A stretch of 54,477 bases of DNA, taken from positions 1-54,477 of the forward strand of contig JBMNQN010000007.1 in NCBI GenBank assembly GCA_050944155.1, read 5' to 3'. A program made the position numbers and the translations under genes. This document shows, in pieces, positions 8,842 to 18,515 of the stretch. The stretch comes from Candidatus Methanomethylophilaceae archaeon. Lineage in GTDB: Archaea > Thermoplasmatota > Thermoplasmata > Methanomassiliicoccales > Methanomethylophilaceae. Under the pieces are notes generated by a model that did no database searches, was not told the origin of the DNA, and saw only the letters and a list, made by a program, of their open reading frames with translations. Position 1 is the first letter of the stretch. Every line of letters begins with the position of its first letter.

Positions 8842-9044
8842 GTAAATTTAACGATTTTTCATTATTTATAAATTTCCATTAGTTTTTAAAAGCATGGTTA
8901 TAACTTGCATACTGTCCGTAACGATAATAAATATACTTTTCGAAATCTACTATAATACAACTTTACAGGACGAAATCCCGATCCGGCCGTATGCTGCACG
9001 GACGTCCGAACGGTCTTCTTAATACGGCGGAAACGTTACCGGAT

Positions 9045-9929
9045 ATGATGAACCCCGCATCGGACAGACATCTCGAAGAATCTCTGAAAGATTTCAACGA
9101 CAGAGTATCCGAATACGAAACCGAAGGAACGAACGCGCAGCTTCTCGACGCGTACGTGAACAGAGGATGCGTCCTTTCCATGATGGGTTCCTACGTTTCG
9201 GCCCTGGATGATTTCGACGAAGCCGATCTGCTTATCCGTATCATGGAATCCGCCGGAGAATCCGCGGATGCGGGAGTTTTCGTTAAAACTTACATTTCCA
9301 GGGGAGAACTCAGGGCGGAAAACGATGCTCCCGGAATGGCCGAAGATTATGCCAGAGCCGCGGAACGGATAGACGAAGCGGATTCCGGAAACGGAAGGTT
9401 CGACGGAAAAACACTGGTAAACGCCTGTCTCGGCTGCTGTGCGGATCTTCTCGAAGCGGGCTACCCTTCCGGGACAATCCCCTTCACGGAAAAGGCGGAA
9501 AAAATCCTGGCGGGAAAAAACGACGTCTGGTCTCTGAACCGTTACGTGGAAACAATGAATACGGCGGGACAGGCCGCTTTGGACCTGGGGAATCCTGAAC
9601 TTTCCCTGGAATATCTCGACAGGGCGATTTCCGTGTGCGGAAGACTCATGTCCGAAGAAAAACTGGAAGACGTGATGTCCGCCGTGTCGGTCATGGTTTC
9701 CAGGGGAGACGCGCATCTGGAACTCGGCCGCAAAGAAGATGCCGTGAAAGATTTCGAGGGTGCCGTGACTGCTTTGGAGATACTTTACGAACAGGGCAGG
9801 GAAGATGCAGGGGAACTTCTGATCGGATTCCACCGGGACGTTGCCGAAATTCTCATGAGTCTGTCGGAAACGGAAAAAGCCGAAGTCCATCTCATAAAAG
9901 CCCTGAAAATAAGCGCCGGAGAACGCTGA
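9045..9929 (+). CDS. Tetratricopeptide-repeat-like protein
   Basis: AYVNRG..L..MG.Y..ALDDF and SRGDAHLELGRKEDAVKDFE TPR-like units; start uncertain (8991/9045/9048). Confidence 0.75.
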   Translation: MMNPASDRHLEESLKDFNDRVSEYETEGTNAQLLDAYVNRGCVLSMMGSYVSALDDFDEADLLIRIMESAGESADAGVFVKTYISRGELRAENDAPGMAEDYARAAERIDEADSGNGRFDGKTLVNACLGCCADLLEAGYPSGTIPFTEKAEKILAGKNDVWSLNRYVETMNTAGQAALDLGNPELSLEYLDRAISVCGRLMSEEKLEDVMSAVSVMVSRGDAHLELGRKEDAVKDFEGAVTALEILYEQGREDAGELLIGFHRDVAEILMSLSETEKAEVHLIKALKISAGER

Positions 9930-9984
9930 TTCACTTTCGGCGACCCCCCGGGAACGGTTATAACGGCCACTGCGATTAGGCTTC

Positions 9985-12084
9985 ATGCAAAGTCTGTTCT
10001 GTAAAAGGTGCAGAAGCCTCAATCTCCCCGGAGCCGAAAGGTGCAAAACCTGCGGAGCGCCCCTCGGCGCGGAATCCGTGAGCAGACAGAGCTCTCTTTA
10101 CGTCCGGGAAGAACGGCCCTCCTACGACCTGGAAGAGGAGATGTTCTCCGAACCGGAGACGGACGAAAGCCTCAAACCTTTCGTGGAAGAAGAAAACGCG
10201 GAAGCCCCGTATCTTCCCTACGTCCCCCGTCCCGGACAGCTTACCATAATAAAAGAAATCAAGGAGTGTCTCGACGGAGGACACCACATCGTGATGGAAT
10301 CCGGTACCGGGACCGGAAAAACCATTGTTTCGTTATCCGCTGCGCTGGCACATGCGAAAACCTCCGGAAAAAAGGTCGTATATCTCACAAGAACGGTGTC
10401 CCAGAGCAACCAGGTCATGAGAGAACTCAGAGCCATAAACAAAATAAAATCCGTATCCGGACTCCCCATAACCGGACGGGGGAGATCCTGTATTCTTTTC
10501 CGCAGCAAGCCCGGTTACGAAGCCCTTCCCCCCAACGTTCTTTCGAATCTGTGCGAAAGCCGCAAACGGGGCAAAGGCGGAAACTGCAGTTATTTCTGGC
10601 GAACCAACGAACTCGTCGACAATGTATGGAACTACTGTCTCACGGAGTTTCCCGAATCGGATAAACTGGACGCTTTCTGCGAAAACCTGGGCGTGTGCCC
10701 CTACGAAATAAAGAAGATGATGATGAAAACCGCCGACGTCGTCGTCGCGCCGTACATACACATCCTGTCCGACGACATAAGGGACACGTTTCTGGGAAAC
10801 ATGGAAGCCGAACCGAAAGACATCGTCGTCATCGTGGACGAAGCGCACAATATCATAGACGCTGCCAGAGAACAGGAAAGTTTCCGCATATCCGTACGCA
10901 TGGTGGACGCCGCCATAGACGAAAGCACAACGTTCAGATCCGTTTCGATAGGCGAAGGAATAAAACTGGAAGACTTTCTGAAACAGATAAAAAGCATAAT
11001 CAAAAACACCGCGGCGGAGAAGCTGGGTCTCGGAGAAAAAGAGGCCATACTGCGCGGCGACGTACTGAGCGATGGCCTCACTTCGAAGTACGGAATAAGC
11101 ATGACATCTCTGGACGCGGCGGTCTCCAGAATGGCCGACATAGGTCTCGAAAGAACCAAACTCATGTCGGAAAGAAACGAAGAACGGGTGTCGGACATAG
11201 ACACTCTTGCCGTATCTCTCAGAAACTGGATGGGAGCCACCGGTTCCAACTACATAAAATCGGTGAAGGCCTCCGAAGAAAGCGAGTATCTCTACGCGGC
11301 ATGCATAGACCCCACCGGAATTTCCGAATTCATGGGGAGTCTGAACGGCGGGGTGCACATGTCCGGCACCCTGCGCCCTCTGGACCAATACGTGAAAACT
11401 ATGGGGCTTCCTCCCGGAACGGTTTCCAAACACTACCCATCCCCGTTCCCCAAGGAAAACCGTCTGGTGGTCTACATGAACGACGTGACCACGAGATACG
11501 ACGACATGAGAAAGGACCCGAGCATATTCTCCAGGATAACCAGGCGCACGGCGAAACTGTGCAACGCTGTGAACAAAAACACTCTGGTGTTTTTCACTTC
11601 CTACGGAATGATGGGAAAAATGCGTCCGTTTATGGAAAGGGACATAAAACGTCCCATGTATTGGGAATATTCCGGACAGCCCAAGAGAACGATGGAGGAA
11701 CTGGCACAATTCAAAAACGGAAGAGACGGGGTGTTTTTCAGCGTCATGGGAGGTTCCGTTGCGGAGGGCATGGATTTCCCCGGAGACGAACTTTCCCTGG
11801 CGATAATCATAGGAATTCCGTATCCGCCTCCCTCACTGGAAGGAAGCGCTCTTTCCGAAATGTACGACCTGAGGTTCGGAAGAGGTTCCGGATGGAAATA
11901 CGTAAGCGAGGCTCCGGCCACCAGGAAGATAAAACAGGCAATCGGACGTCTGATAAGAACCGAAACGGACAGGGGGATGTGCGTGATATTGGATAAAAGA
12001 GCTTCCCGCTACGCTTCGGATCTCGATGCGACGGCAACCAAAGACCCCATCGCGGACGCGAAGAAGTTCTTCGGCAAAGATTAA
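9985..12084 (+). CDS. xpd: XPD/Rad3/DinG-family Fe-S DNA helicase with N-terminal zinc ribbon
   Basis: ESGTGTGKT, DEAHN, MSGTL, EGMDFPG, QAIGRLIR; Fe-S Cys incl. CPYE; N-terminal CxxC...CxxC. Confidence 0.92.
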   Translation: MQSLFCKRCRSLNLPGAERCKTCGAPLGAESVSRQSSLYVREERPSYDLEEEMFSEPETDESLKPFVEEENAEAPYLPYVPRPGQLTIIKEIKECLDGGHHIVMESGTGTGKTIVSLSAALAHAKTSGKKVVYLTRTVSQSNQVMRELRAINKIKSVSGLPITGRGRSCILFRSKPGYEALPPNVLSNLCESRKRGKGGNCSYFWRTNELVDNVWNYCLTEFPESDKLDAFCENLGVCPYEIKKMMMKTADVVVAPYIHILSDDIRDTFLGNMEAEPKDIVVIVDEAHNIIDAAREQESFRISVRMVDAAIDESTTFRSVSIGEGIKLEDFLKQIKSIIKNTAAEKLGLGEKEAILRGDVLSDGLTSKYGISMTSLDAAVSRMADIGLERTKLMSERNEERVSDIDTLAVSLRNWMGATGSNYIKSVKASEESEYLYAACIDPTGISEFMGSLNGGVHMSGTLRPLDQYVKTMGLPPGTVSKHYPSPFPKENRLVVYMNDVTTRYDDMRKDPSIFSRITRRTAKLCNAVNKNTLVFFTSYGMMGKMRPFMERDIKRPMYWEYSGQPKRTMEELAQFKNGRDGVFFSVMGGSVAEGMDFPGDELSLAIIIGIPYPPPSLEGSALSEMYDLRFGRGSGWKYVSEAPATRKIKQAIGRLIRTETDRGMCVILDKRASRYASDLDATATKDPIADAKKFFGKD

Positions 12085-12109
12085 ATTTCAATCCGTTCTG
12101 AGGCTGTCG

Positions 12110-13048
12110 ATGGCACCGGCGGAACTGCTTACGGATTTGCGGATCTGGATTATACTGGGTCTTTTTGCGGGACTCGCCGTCGGTCCCCTCGGAGAACACG
12201 TTCCCCTGATTATCATGGCCGTTCTCATCGTACAGATGAGCATATCTCTTGAAGGAACGGAATATACGGAAGGAAGCCTGAAAAAATACGGAAAATCCGT
12301 CCTTGCGGGAATAGCATGCTGTTTCGTCGTCAACGCGGGAATAGTCCTCCTCACGGGTTCTCTTTTCATACCCCGCAGTACCGCGGTCTGGTACGGCTGG
12401 GTCGTTCTCGCTTCGGTGCCTTCGGCCATAGCCGTGGTTTCCGCCCCTCTGTACATAGGAGGAAAAACCGAAGAATCTTTTCTGATCACGGTCGGAATTT
12501 ATTTAACCGCGCTGATAGCGACCCCGCTGATTACGTGGACTTTCATAGGCGCCGCGGCGGATCTCCTGGAAATTCTGAAATACATAGTTCTGTTCATCGC
12601 CGTTCCTTTCGCCGCATCCAGAGCCGTGACGGCTCTGTCTCCGAAGAAATCCGTCAAAGTGGTTTCGATCAACATTCTTTTCTTCCTGTTGCTGTTTCTT
12701 TCCATCGGTTCCAACAGGGAATTTCTGTTCGGAGAACCCGAAACTGTGTTTCTGATAATAATCGCCTGTTTCGTCAGAATATTCGTTTTCAGCACCCTGA
12801 TGATTCTGATTCTGAAGAAAACGGGAATTTCCCGGGAAAGGGGAATAACGTACGTTCTGTTTTCCACCTGGAAAAATTCCGGAATGTCCATTTCCCTGTG
12901 TATGATTCTTCTGGCGGGAATGTCCGAAGCCGCGGTACCCTGCGTCATATCGCTGATTGTGGAAACCCTTTGGTTTTCTTTGTTTACGAAGTACAACGGA
13001 AAGCTGTGGCCTGATTCGTATAACGTATCCGCGGACAAAACCGGTTAA
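12110..13048 (+). CDS. Bile acid:Na+ symporter-like membrane transporter
   Basis: About 9-10 hydrophobic segments, VPSAIAV and KNSGMS motifs. Confidence 0.7.
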   Translation: MAPAELLTDLRIWIILGLFAGLAVGPLGEHVPLIIMAVLIVQMSISLEGTEYTEGSLKKYGKSVLAGIACCFVVNAGIVLLTGSLFIPRSTAVWYGWVVLASVPSAIAVVSAPLYIGGKTEESFLITVGIYLTALIATPLITWTFIGAAADLLEILKYIVLFIAVPFAASRAVTALSPKKSVKVVSINILFFLLLFLSIGSNREFLFGEPETVFLIIIACFVRIFVFSTLMILILKKTGISRERGITYVLFSTWKNSGMSISLCMILLAGMSEAAVPCVISLIVETLWFSLFTKYNGKLWPDSYNVSADKTG

Positions 13049-13074
13049 ATAAGGGAGCTTTATTATTCATCCGA

Positions 13075-13159
13075 GCGGAGGTAGCTCAGCCTGGACCAGG
13101 GCGCCGGTCTTGAAAACCGGTGGCGCTTCGCCACGGGGGTTCGAATCCCTCCCTCCGCG
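13075..13159 (+). tRNA. tRNA-Ser(TGA)
   Basis: Acceptor GCGGAGG/CCTCCGC, anticodon arm CCGGT-CTTGAAA-ACCGG, long variable arm, GGTTCGAATCCC, G73; CCA not encoded. Confidence 0.95.
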
Positions 13160-13175
13160 CTTTTACGAAATTCCG

Positions 13176-13775
13176 TTATGCGTCGCCGTATCCCTTCGCT
13201 CTGCGGTATGAAGCAACGGACAGAACTGCAACCCATATCAGAAGACATATCACGCCCAGGGCTTCGAAAAGAGGCATGGGCATAAGTGCCAGAGACACGG
13301 GAATGTACACCGCGGGTACCGCATTCACGATTGCCATAAATTTGGATCCGCGGAAAAAATCTCTGAAGGAGAGGATGACCATGGAAATCCATGTCAGTAT
13401 GAAAAGAGATATCGCGGAGGGTGTGTGGTACGGCGTGTGTTCGTTGAAAATTCCCACGAACATCAGCATAACCGCCGCCAAGCACATTACGGAAAAGGCA
13501 ATTTTCCCGTATTTTTCTTCGGAACTCCGTGTCATAAACAGAAAACACATGAAACCGAAAAATCCGGATATTATGCATCCCCATCCGAAGACATAATGCG
13601 CGTAGGTTTCCGAAACTCCCAAATCGCTTATCATATCCGCTCCGAAAACCCAGTTTCCGTCCGCTGCCGCGCCTATTACCCAGATTAACGAAAACGTGAC
13701 TGCCATCAGAAGTCCGAATATCAGTGCGTAAGTAATCGGATGTTTGGCCGGAATTCCGGGGACTCGGATATCCAT
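13176..13775 (-). CDS. DUF998-like membrane protein
   Basis: W.FG.DMISDLGVS motif, VGIFNE..H, about 6 TM. Confidence 0.75.
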   Translation of the reverse strand: MDIRVPGIPAKHPITYALIFGLLMAVTFSLIWVIGAAADGNWVFGADMISDLGVSETYAHYVFGWGCIISGFFGFMCFLFMTRSSEEKYGKIAFSVMCLAAVMLMFVGIFNEHTPYHTPSAISLFILTWISMVILSFRDFFRGSKFMAIVNAVPAVYIPVSLALMPMPLFEALGVICLLIWVAVLSVASYRRAKGYGDA

Positions 13776-13891
13776 GATACACAGAACGGGTTTTCGGTAT
13801 ATTACTGACGGTTCGGAAACACCGGAGTCGCGAAACTCCGTTAGGCGCCCGTAATGGTTATTCCTTTTTACCAGGAAGACATTCCCGTTTT

Positions 13892-14461
13892 ATGAACAAA
13901 GTCACCGAGAACATATACACCCGCGTATCCGTCAGAAATTTCAAAGACGAAAAAGTCCCCCGCGATACTGTTATGGCGATTCTCGACGTGGGATGCCACG
14001 CGCCCAGTTCCATGAACAGACAGGCTCTGGCTTACGGGATAGTAGAGAACAAAGAAAAGGCGTACGAATATTCCGAAAGGGCAAAAAGACTCAGAGTGGA
14101 AGGGGAGGAAATGAAGGGCAACCCCAATTCCTACGTTATCGAGAAGCTGTCCGATCCCGACTACAACATATTCTTCAACTCTCCCGTACAGATATTCATC
14201 TTCGCTTCTCCGGAAGCCACCGCTCCCATCGAAGACGGATCCATGGCCGCCCAGAACATGATGCTCGCGGCCCATTCGCTCGGATACGGAACCTGCTTCA
14301 TAGGATTCGCGCAGGGTCTCGGAAGAGACACCGAATTCAGGAACGATCTGGATATCCCCGAAGATTACACTTACGTGGGAGCCCTGGTGCTGGGACGTCC
14401 CGCAGAATCTACGGAACCCAGGCCCAAAAAGAGTCCCAGAATCACCCGCTGGATTCAATGA
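13892..14461 (+). CDS. Nitroreductase family protein
   Basis: RVSVRNF, APSSMNRQ, AAQNMMLAAHSLGYGTCFIG. Confidence 0.92.
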   Translation: MNKVTENIYTRVSVRNFKDEKVPRDTVMAILDVGCHAPSSMNRQALAYGIVENKEKAYEYSERAKRLRVEGEEMKGNPNSYVIEKLSDPDYNIFFNSPVQIFIFASPEATAPIEDGSMAAQNMMLAAHSLGYGTCFIGFAQGLGRDTEFRNDLDIPEDYTYVGALVLGRPAESTEPRPKKSPRITRWIQ

Positions 14462-15165
14462 AATACGAAAATATTACGGTCGGCACATTCGTAAGCAGAC
14501 CGAACAGATTCATTGCCGACGTGAAAATCGCCGATACGGACGGATCGGAACGCACGGTGAAATGCCACGTTAAAAACACCGGAAGGTGCAAAGAGATTCT
14601 TGTACCGGGCGCAAAATCGGTACTCAGCGGAAGCAATAATCCGGAAAGAAAAACGAAATTCGATCTCGTATCGGTCTACAAAAACGGAATGCTGATCAAC
14701 ATAGATTCCCAGGCTCCCAACGACATATTCGGAGAAGCTCTTGCCGAAGGGAAAATATTCGGTCCGGAACCGAAAATCAGAAGAGAAGTGAAGCACGGAG
14801 ATTCCCGCTTCGATTTTTACGTGGAAACCGAAGGCAGGAAAATCTTTGCCGAGGTAAAAGGAGTTACGCTGGAGAACGACGGAATAACCATGTTTCCCGA
14901 CGCTCCGACCGTCAGAGGCGTTAAGCATGTCAACGGTCTGGCACAATGCATCGAAGAAGGTTTCGAAGCTTATGCCGTGTTCGTAGTTCAGATGGACAGA
15001 GCGGAATATTTCACTCCCAACTACGAAATGCACGAAGAGTTCGGTCTCGCCCTGGAAAGAGCGTCGGACGCGGGCGTGAAAACCCTTGCTTACACGTGCT
15101 CGGTGAAGGAGGATTCCGTCACCCTGGCACATCCTCTCGAAATCAGGCTCGGCCGATCCCGATAA
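14458..15165 (+). CDS. sfsA: DNA/RNA nuclease SfsA
   Basis: ATG 14458; F.SRPNRF, HVKNTGRCKE, SRFDF, EVKGVTL, FPDAPTVRG.KH. Confidence 0.93.
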   Translation: MKYENITVGTFVSRPNRFIADVKIADTDGSERTVKCHVKNTGRCKEILVPGAKSVLSGSNNPERKTKFDLVSVYKNGMLINIDSQAPNDIFGEALAEGKIFGPEPKIRREVKHGDSRFDFYVETEGRKIFAEVKGVTLENDGITMFPDAPTVRGVKHVNGLAQCIEEGFEAYAVFVVQMDRAEYFTPNYEMHEEFGLALERASDAGVKTLAYTCSVKEDSVTLAHPLEIRLGRSR

Positions 15166-16090
15166 TCTCCCTGATTCTCTCCTGGGTCTCTTCGGCTTTG
15201 GATGTCGTGTTCACCAAAAACGTTCTGCAGCTTCCGAAATATTTTCTTAAGAATTCGGTACGGAGTTTCATTTTGTCTTCCGTTCTTATCAGCTGATGAG
15301 GGTTGCAGAAATCGTTTTTCAGCATGTATTCCACTGCCTCTTCGGTACTCAGCTCCCTGCAGAGTTCCGGGTCCGAATAATCCCGTTTCAGAAGAATTAC
15401 CGTTCTCATCGATGCGGAAGGAATTACCACGGATTCGCCCTGAACCCACCTTATGTTCGCCACGTAGCGTCCCTTGTTGTCGAACTCCGTGTTCTTTACG
15501 AGAGGTTTGTATTCTTCCCATACGTCTCCGATGTCCGCGTCGATGTAACAGTTCTTTTCGGATCCGAGGACTTTGGGTCTCCGTTCTCCGGGAATCACGA
15601 AGTACCAGTCGTCGGAAATCAGATGAGAATACGGCAGTCTGAGAAGACCCCAGGACTGGGTTGTTTTCCCGGTTTTGGACGGGGCAATCAGCGTCACTCC
15701 GTGACCGTCGATATCCAGGGCCGCGCCGTGTATCGAATAGATTCCGTGAACGTCTTCCAGAAGGTTTCCCGTGATTCCGAGAGCTATGCTCTTCACCCAT
15801 CCGTAATAATCGAAATTGAAAATGAACGCGGTTGCGGAAACGGGGTCGTATTCCACGTAAGATTCCTTTTCCGAATCGTCGACGACATAGATTCTTGCGT
15901 GCGACCGGACCATTTCGCTCATGGCATAGAAATTTTCCACCCACATTTCTATGTACGAACGGTTCTCGGTGTACATCTGGATACATACACCGCAGATGTC
16001 TGCTTTTGCGGTGTAGAATTTTCGGTCGGAATATTTCTGTTTGAGTTCTCTTACTCTTTCCGTGGAAACTATCTCGGTCCGGTATCCCAT
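15143..16090 (-). CDS. HPr kinase/PEPCK-like P-loop protein
   Basis: IHGAALD..GVTLIAPSKTGKTT..LISDDW. Confidence 0.75.
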   Translation of the reverse strand: MGYRTEIVSTERVRELKQKYSDRKFYTAKADICGVCIQMYTENRSYIEMWVENFYAMSEMVRSHARIYVVDDSEKESYVEYDPVSATAFIFNFDYYGWVKSIALGITGNLLEDVHGIYSIHGAALDIDGHGVTLIAPSKTGKTTQSWGLLRLPYSHLISDDWYFVIPGERRPKVLGSEKNCYIDADIGDVWEEYKPLVKNTEFDNKGRYVANIRWVQGESVVIPSASMRTVILLKRDYSDPELCRELSTEEAVEYMLKNDFCNPHQLIRTEDKMKLRTEFLRKYFGSCRTFLVNTTSKAEETQERIREIIGIGRA

Positions 16091-16131
16091 TTCTATCGCC
16101 CGTGTATATACCGACGGTTATAAAAACGGCG

Positions 16132-16506
16132 TTACGCGAATCGTTCGGAAACCGGTTTTTCTTCGGCGTTCCCGATAGTGATGACGTTGATGTACATGTA
16201 TTTCAGTCCCCATTCCGCAATCGCCGAAAGCACGGGAATCAGGGACTTTCCTTTGGACGTTAAGGAATACTCCACCTTTACGGGTTTTTCTCCGGTTTCA
16301 TTTCTGGATACCACTCCGTCCCTTTCCAGCTCTTTCAGCTGTTTGGACAGAATTCTCGGGGAAATACCTGTGATTTTTCTCTGGAGTTCGGAGAATCTCA
16401 GCGTTCCGTTTCTGCTCAGAAGACACAGTATCGTAGACTTCCACCGGCCTCCGATTACGGACATCGTTGCGTCGGCGGCACAGTCCAAACTCGGTCTTTC
16501 GGTCAT
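16132..16506 (-). CDS. HxlR-family transcriptional regulator
   Basis: C....TMSVIGGRWK..IL..L..GTLRFSELQR.I.GISPRILSKQLKELE..VEYSLT.KG. Confidence 0.92.
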   Translation of the reverse strand: MTERPSLDCAADATMSVIGGRWKSTILCLLSRNGTLRFSELQRKITGISPRILSKQLKELERDGVVSRNETGEKPVKVEYSLTSKGKSLIPVLSAIAEWGLKYMYINVITIGNAEEKPVSERFA

Positions 16507-16579
16507 GGCCGATGTTAGTAACAAAAGGATATTAAACGATTGCCCGATACTCCCTAAGCAGAGATCCACGGGTGAAAAA

Positions 16580-17137
16580 GTGTCCGAAATAATAGCGATA
16601 ATCAGCAGTCCCAGAAAGGGCGGAAACAGCGAAACGATTGTGAAAGCGGTTGCGAAAGGTGCGGAATCGGAAGGAAAGAAGACGAAGTTCGTTTACCTGA
16701 GAGACCTGCCCGCCGCTCCGTGCAAAGCTTGCGACTACTGCAAGAAAAACGACAGGTGCATAATGAAGGACGAAATCGCCGATCTGATCGAAGACATCAG
16801 AAAGTGCAGCGGCCTTATTCTTTCCGCTCCGCTTTATTTCGGCCATGCGTGCGCCCAGTACAGAATATTCGAGGACCGTCTTTACAGCGGAGCGGGACCC
16901 AGGGGAAGCAACATCCCTCCCGGAAAGAAGGTCGTTTCCGTCGTGACCTGCGGTTCCATGACCGAGGCTTCGGAAAAACTTGCCGAAGACATGAACTACG
17001 TTTTCGTCAGATATTTCGGAGGCGAAGCTTTGGGAACAATCGTGTTTGCCGACGAGGGAAGAAAGGATGCCGCCGCAGGAAACGCGGAAATTCTGAAAGA
17101 AGCGGAAGAACTGGGTAAAAAATTCCGAGTGATATGA
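16580..17137 (+). CDS. Flavodoxin family / iron-sulfur flavoprotein
   Basis: GTG start after GGTGA; SSPRKGGNS, CKACDYC..C, SAPLYF; divergent from hxlR. Confidence 0.88.
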   Translation: MSEIIAIISSPRKGGNSETIVKAVAKGAESEGKKTKFVYLRDLPAAPCKACDYCKKNDRCIMKDEIADLIEDIRKCSGLILSAPLYFGHACAQYRIFEDRLYSGAGPRGSNIPPGKKVVSVVTCGSMTEASEKLAEDMNYVFVRYFGGEALGTIVFADEGRKDAAAGNAEILKEAEELGKKFRVI

Positions 17138-17532
17138 TGAACACGGCAGTCATATATACATCGAAATTGGGAAGAACCAGGAAAACCGCGAAATACATAG
17201 CGGAATCCGTGGGCGCGGACATATTCGACCTCAAAGAGCAGTCTGTCATAGATCTTTCCCGTTTCGACAGAATTCTCATCGGCACGGGCGTTTACGGCGG
17301 ACGTCCCGCCAGCGCCGCCCTGGAATTCGCGGAGAGGAACAGGGGGCAGATGTCCGGAAAGGACGTGAAACTGTTCGTATGCTGCGTGAAAAAGAACGAA
17401 GAAGGAGATGCACAGCTCAGGAAAATTTCCGAAATGTTCGGAATAAGCGATGCCGTCTATTTCCCCTCTTCCAGAAAGAAGAACGAAGCGGGAGTGACCG
17501 CTTCGGTGGACGATTACATAAAAACGCTCTGA
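17134..17532 (+). CDS. Flavodoxin-domain protein (HemG-like)
   Basis: VIYTSKLGRTRKTAKYIA, IGTGVYGG. Confidence 0.82.
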   Translation: MMNTAVIYTSKLGRTRKTAKYIAESVGADIFDLKEQSVIDLSRFDRILIGTGVYGGRPASAALEFAERNRGQMSGKDVKLFVCCVKKNEEGDAQLRKISEMFGISDAVYFPSSRKKNEAGVTASVDDYIKTL

Positions 17533-17557
17533 ACTTCCGAACTTCTTACTCTTGGTT

Positions 17558-18514
17558 TTACTCTGCCGAAGAGAGTTTAGAAGCGCAGATTTTCCTCACG
17601 TCCGTTTCCGTTCCCTTATGTCCCAGCAGTACGACTCTGCTGTCTTTTCTGCTTTTCAGAATTTCCGTTCCCGTCTCCTCCCCTATACGCAGGGAAAATC
17701 CGGTTATGTCTTCGAAAGAAGGCATGTTGGTTATGGAAAGTCTCTGTCGGGAACCTCCCACGAAAACGTATCCTTTCGGTTCGATCAGGTCCGGATCGGC
17801 GATTCTGTCCAGCGCGGCGTATCCTTCGGGGTCGAAGAAATTCAGACCCTCCACCAGGGTATGCCTTATAACCGTTCTGGTGTCAAGGGAGGGCAGAAGT
17901 TCCAGAGTTTTCATTATCTTTTCCCACCCGTCGTTTATTTTCGGTCTGCACACTTCGGCATAGGTTTTTCTGTCCGGAGCGGCGACGGTGACGTAAGTCT
18001 GACAGGGAAGTTCGTCAAGTTCTTCCATTCTTTCGGGATACGTTCCGTTGGTCACAAGGAAAGTGGTCATTCCCCTTCTGTGGCACTCTCTGAAAAAATC
18101 CGAAAGGTACGGGTACGTTATGGGTTCTCCCGCCAGCGATACGGCAACCTGATCGGGATTCGAGGCCTCCTCGAAACGTTCCGGAGTGACTCTCGGGTCG
18201 CCTTTGAACCCGGTGATCAGCATCCTCTGATTGTGTATCAGACAGTCAAGCATCTCCTTGGGTTCCATCCAGTCTCTGACTTCGTAATCCCTTCCCTGAA
18301 TGCGCCAGCAGAAAGAACAGCGGTGGCTGCATTCGTTTATGGCCGGAGTCATCTGAAGACACCTGTGGCTCGTAATACCGTAGAAGTCCTGTTTGTAGCA
18401 GTGCCTCCTGCCGGTTATGGATTCTTTGGCCCAATGGCACAGTTTCACCGCCGCGTGTTCCCCGCAGAGGCGGTACTGCTGTTTTTCCAGAAGCTCTCGG
18501 TATTCGGAATCCAT
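17558..18514 (-). CDS. taw1: 4-demethylwyosine synthase Taw1/TYW1 (radical SAM)
   Basis: HAAVKLCHWAK, CYKQDFYGI.SHRCLQMTP, CSHRCSFCWR, SLAGEP, TFLVTNGT. Confidence 0.95.
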   Translation of the reverse strand: MDSEYRELLEKQQYRLCGEHAAVKLCHWAKESITGRRHCYKQDFYGITSHRCLQMTPAINECSHRCSFCWRIQGRDYEVRDWMEPKEMLDCLIHNQRMLITGFKGDPRVTPERFEEASNPDQVAVSLAGEPITYPYLSDFFRECHRRGMTTFLVTNGTYPERMEELDELPCQTYVTVAAPDRKTYAEVCRPKINDGWEKIMKTLELLPSLDTRTVIRHTLVEGLNFFDPEGYAALDRIADPDLIEPKGYVFVGGSRQRLSITNMPSFEDITGFSLRIGEETGTEILKSRKDSRVVLLGHKGTETDVRKICASKLSSAE

Positions 18515-18515
18515 A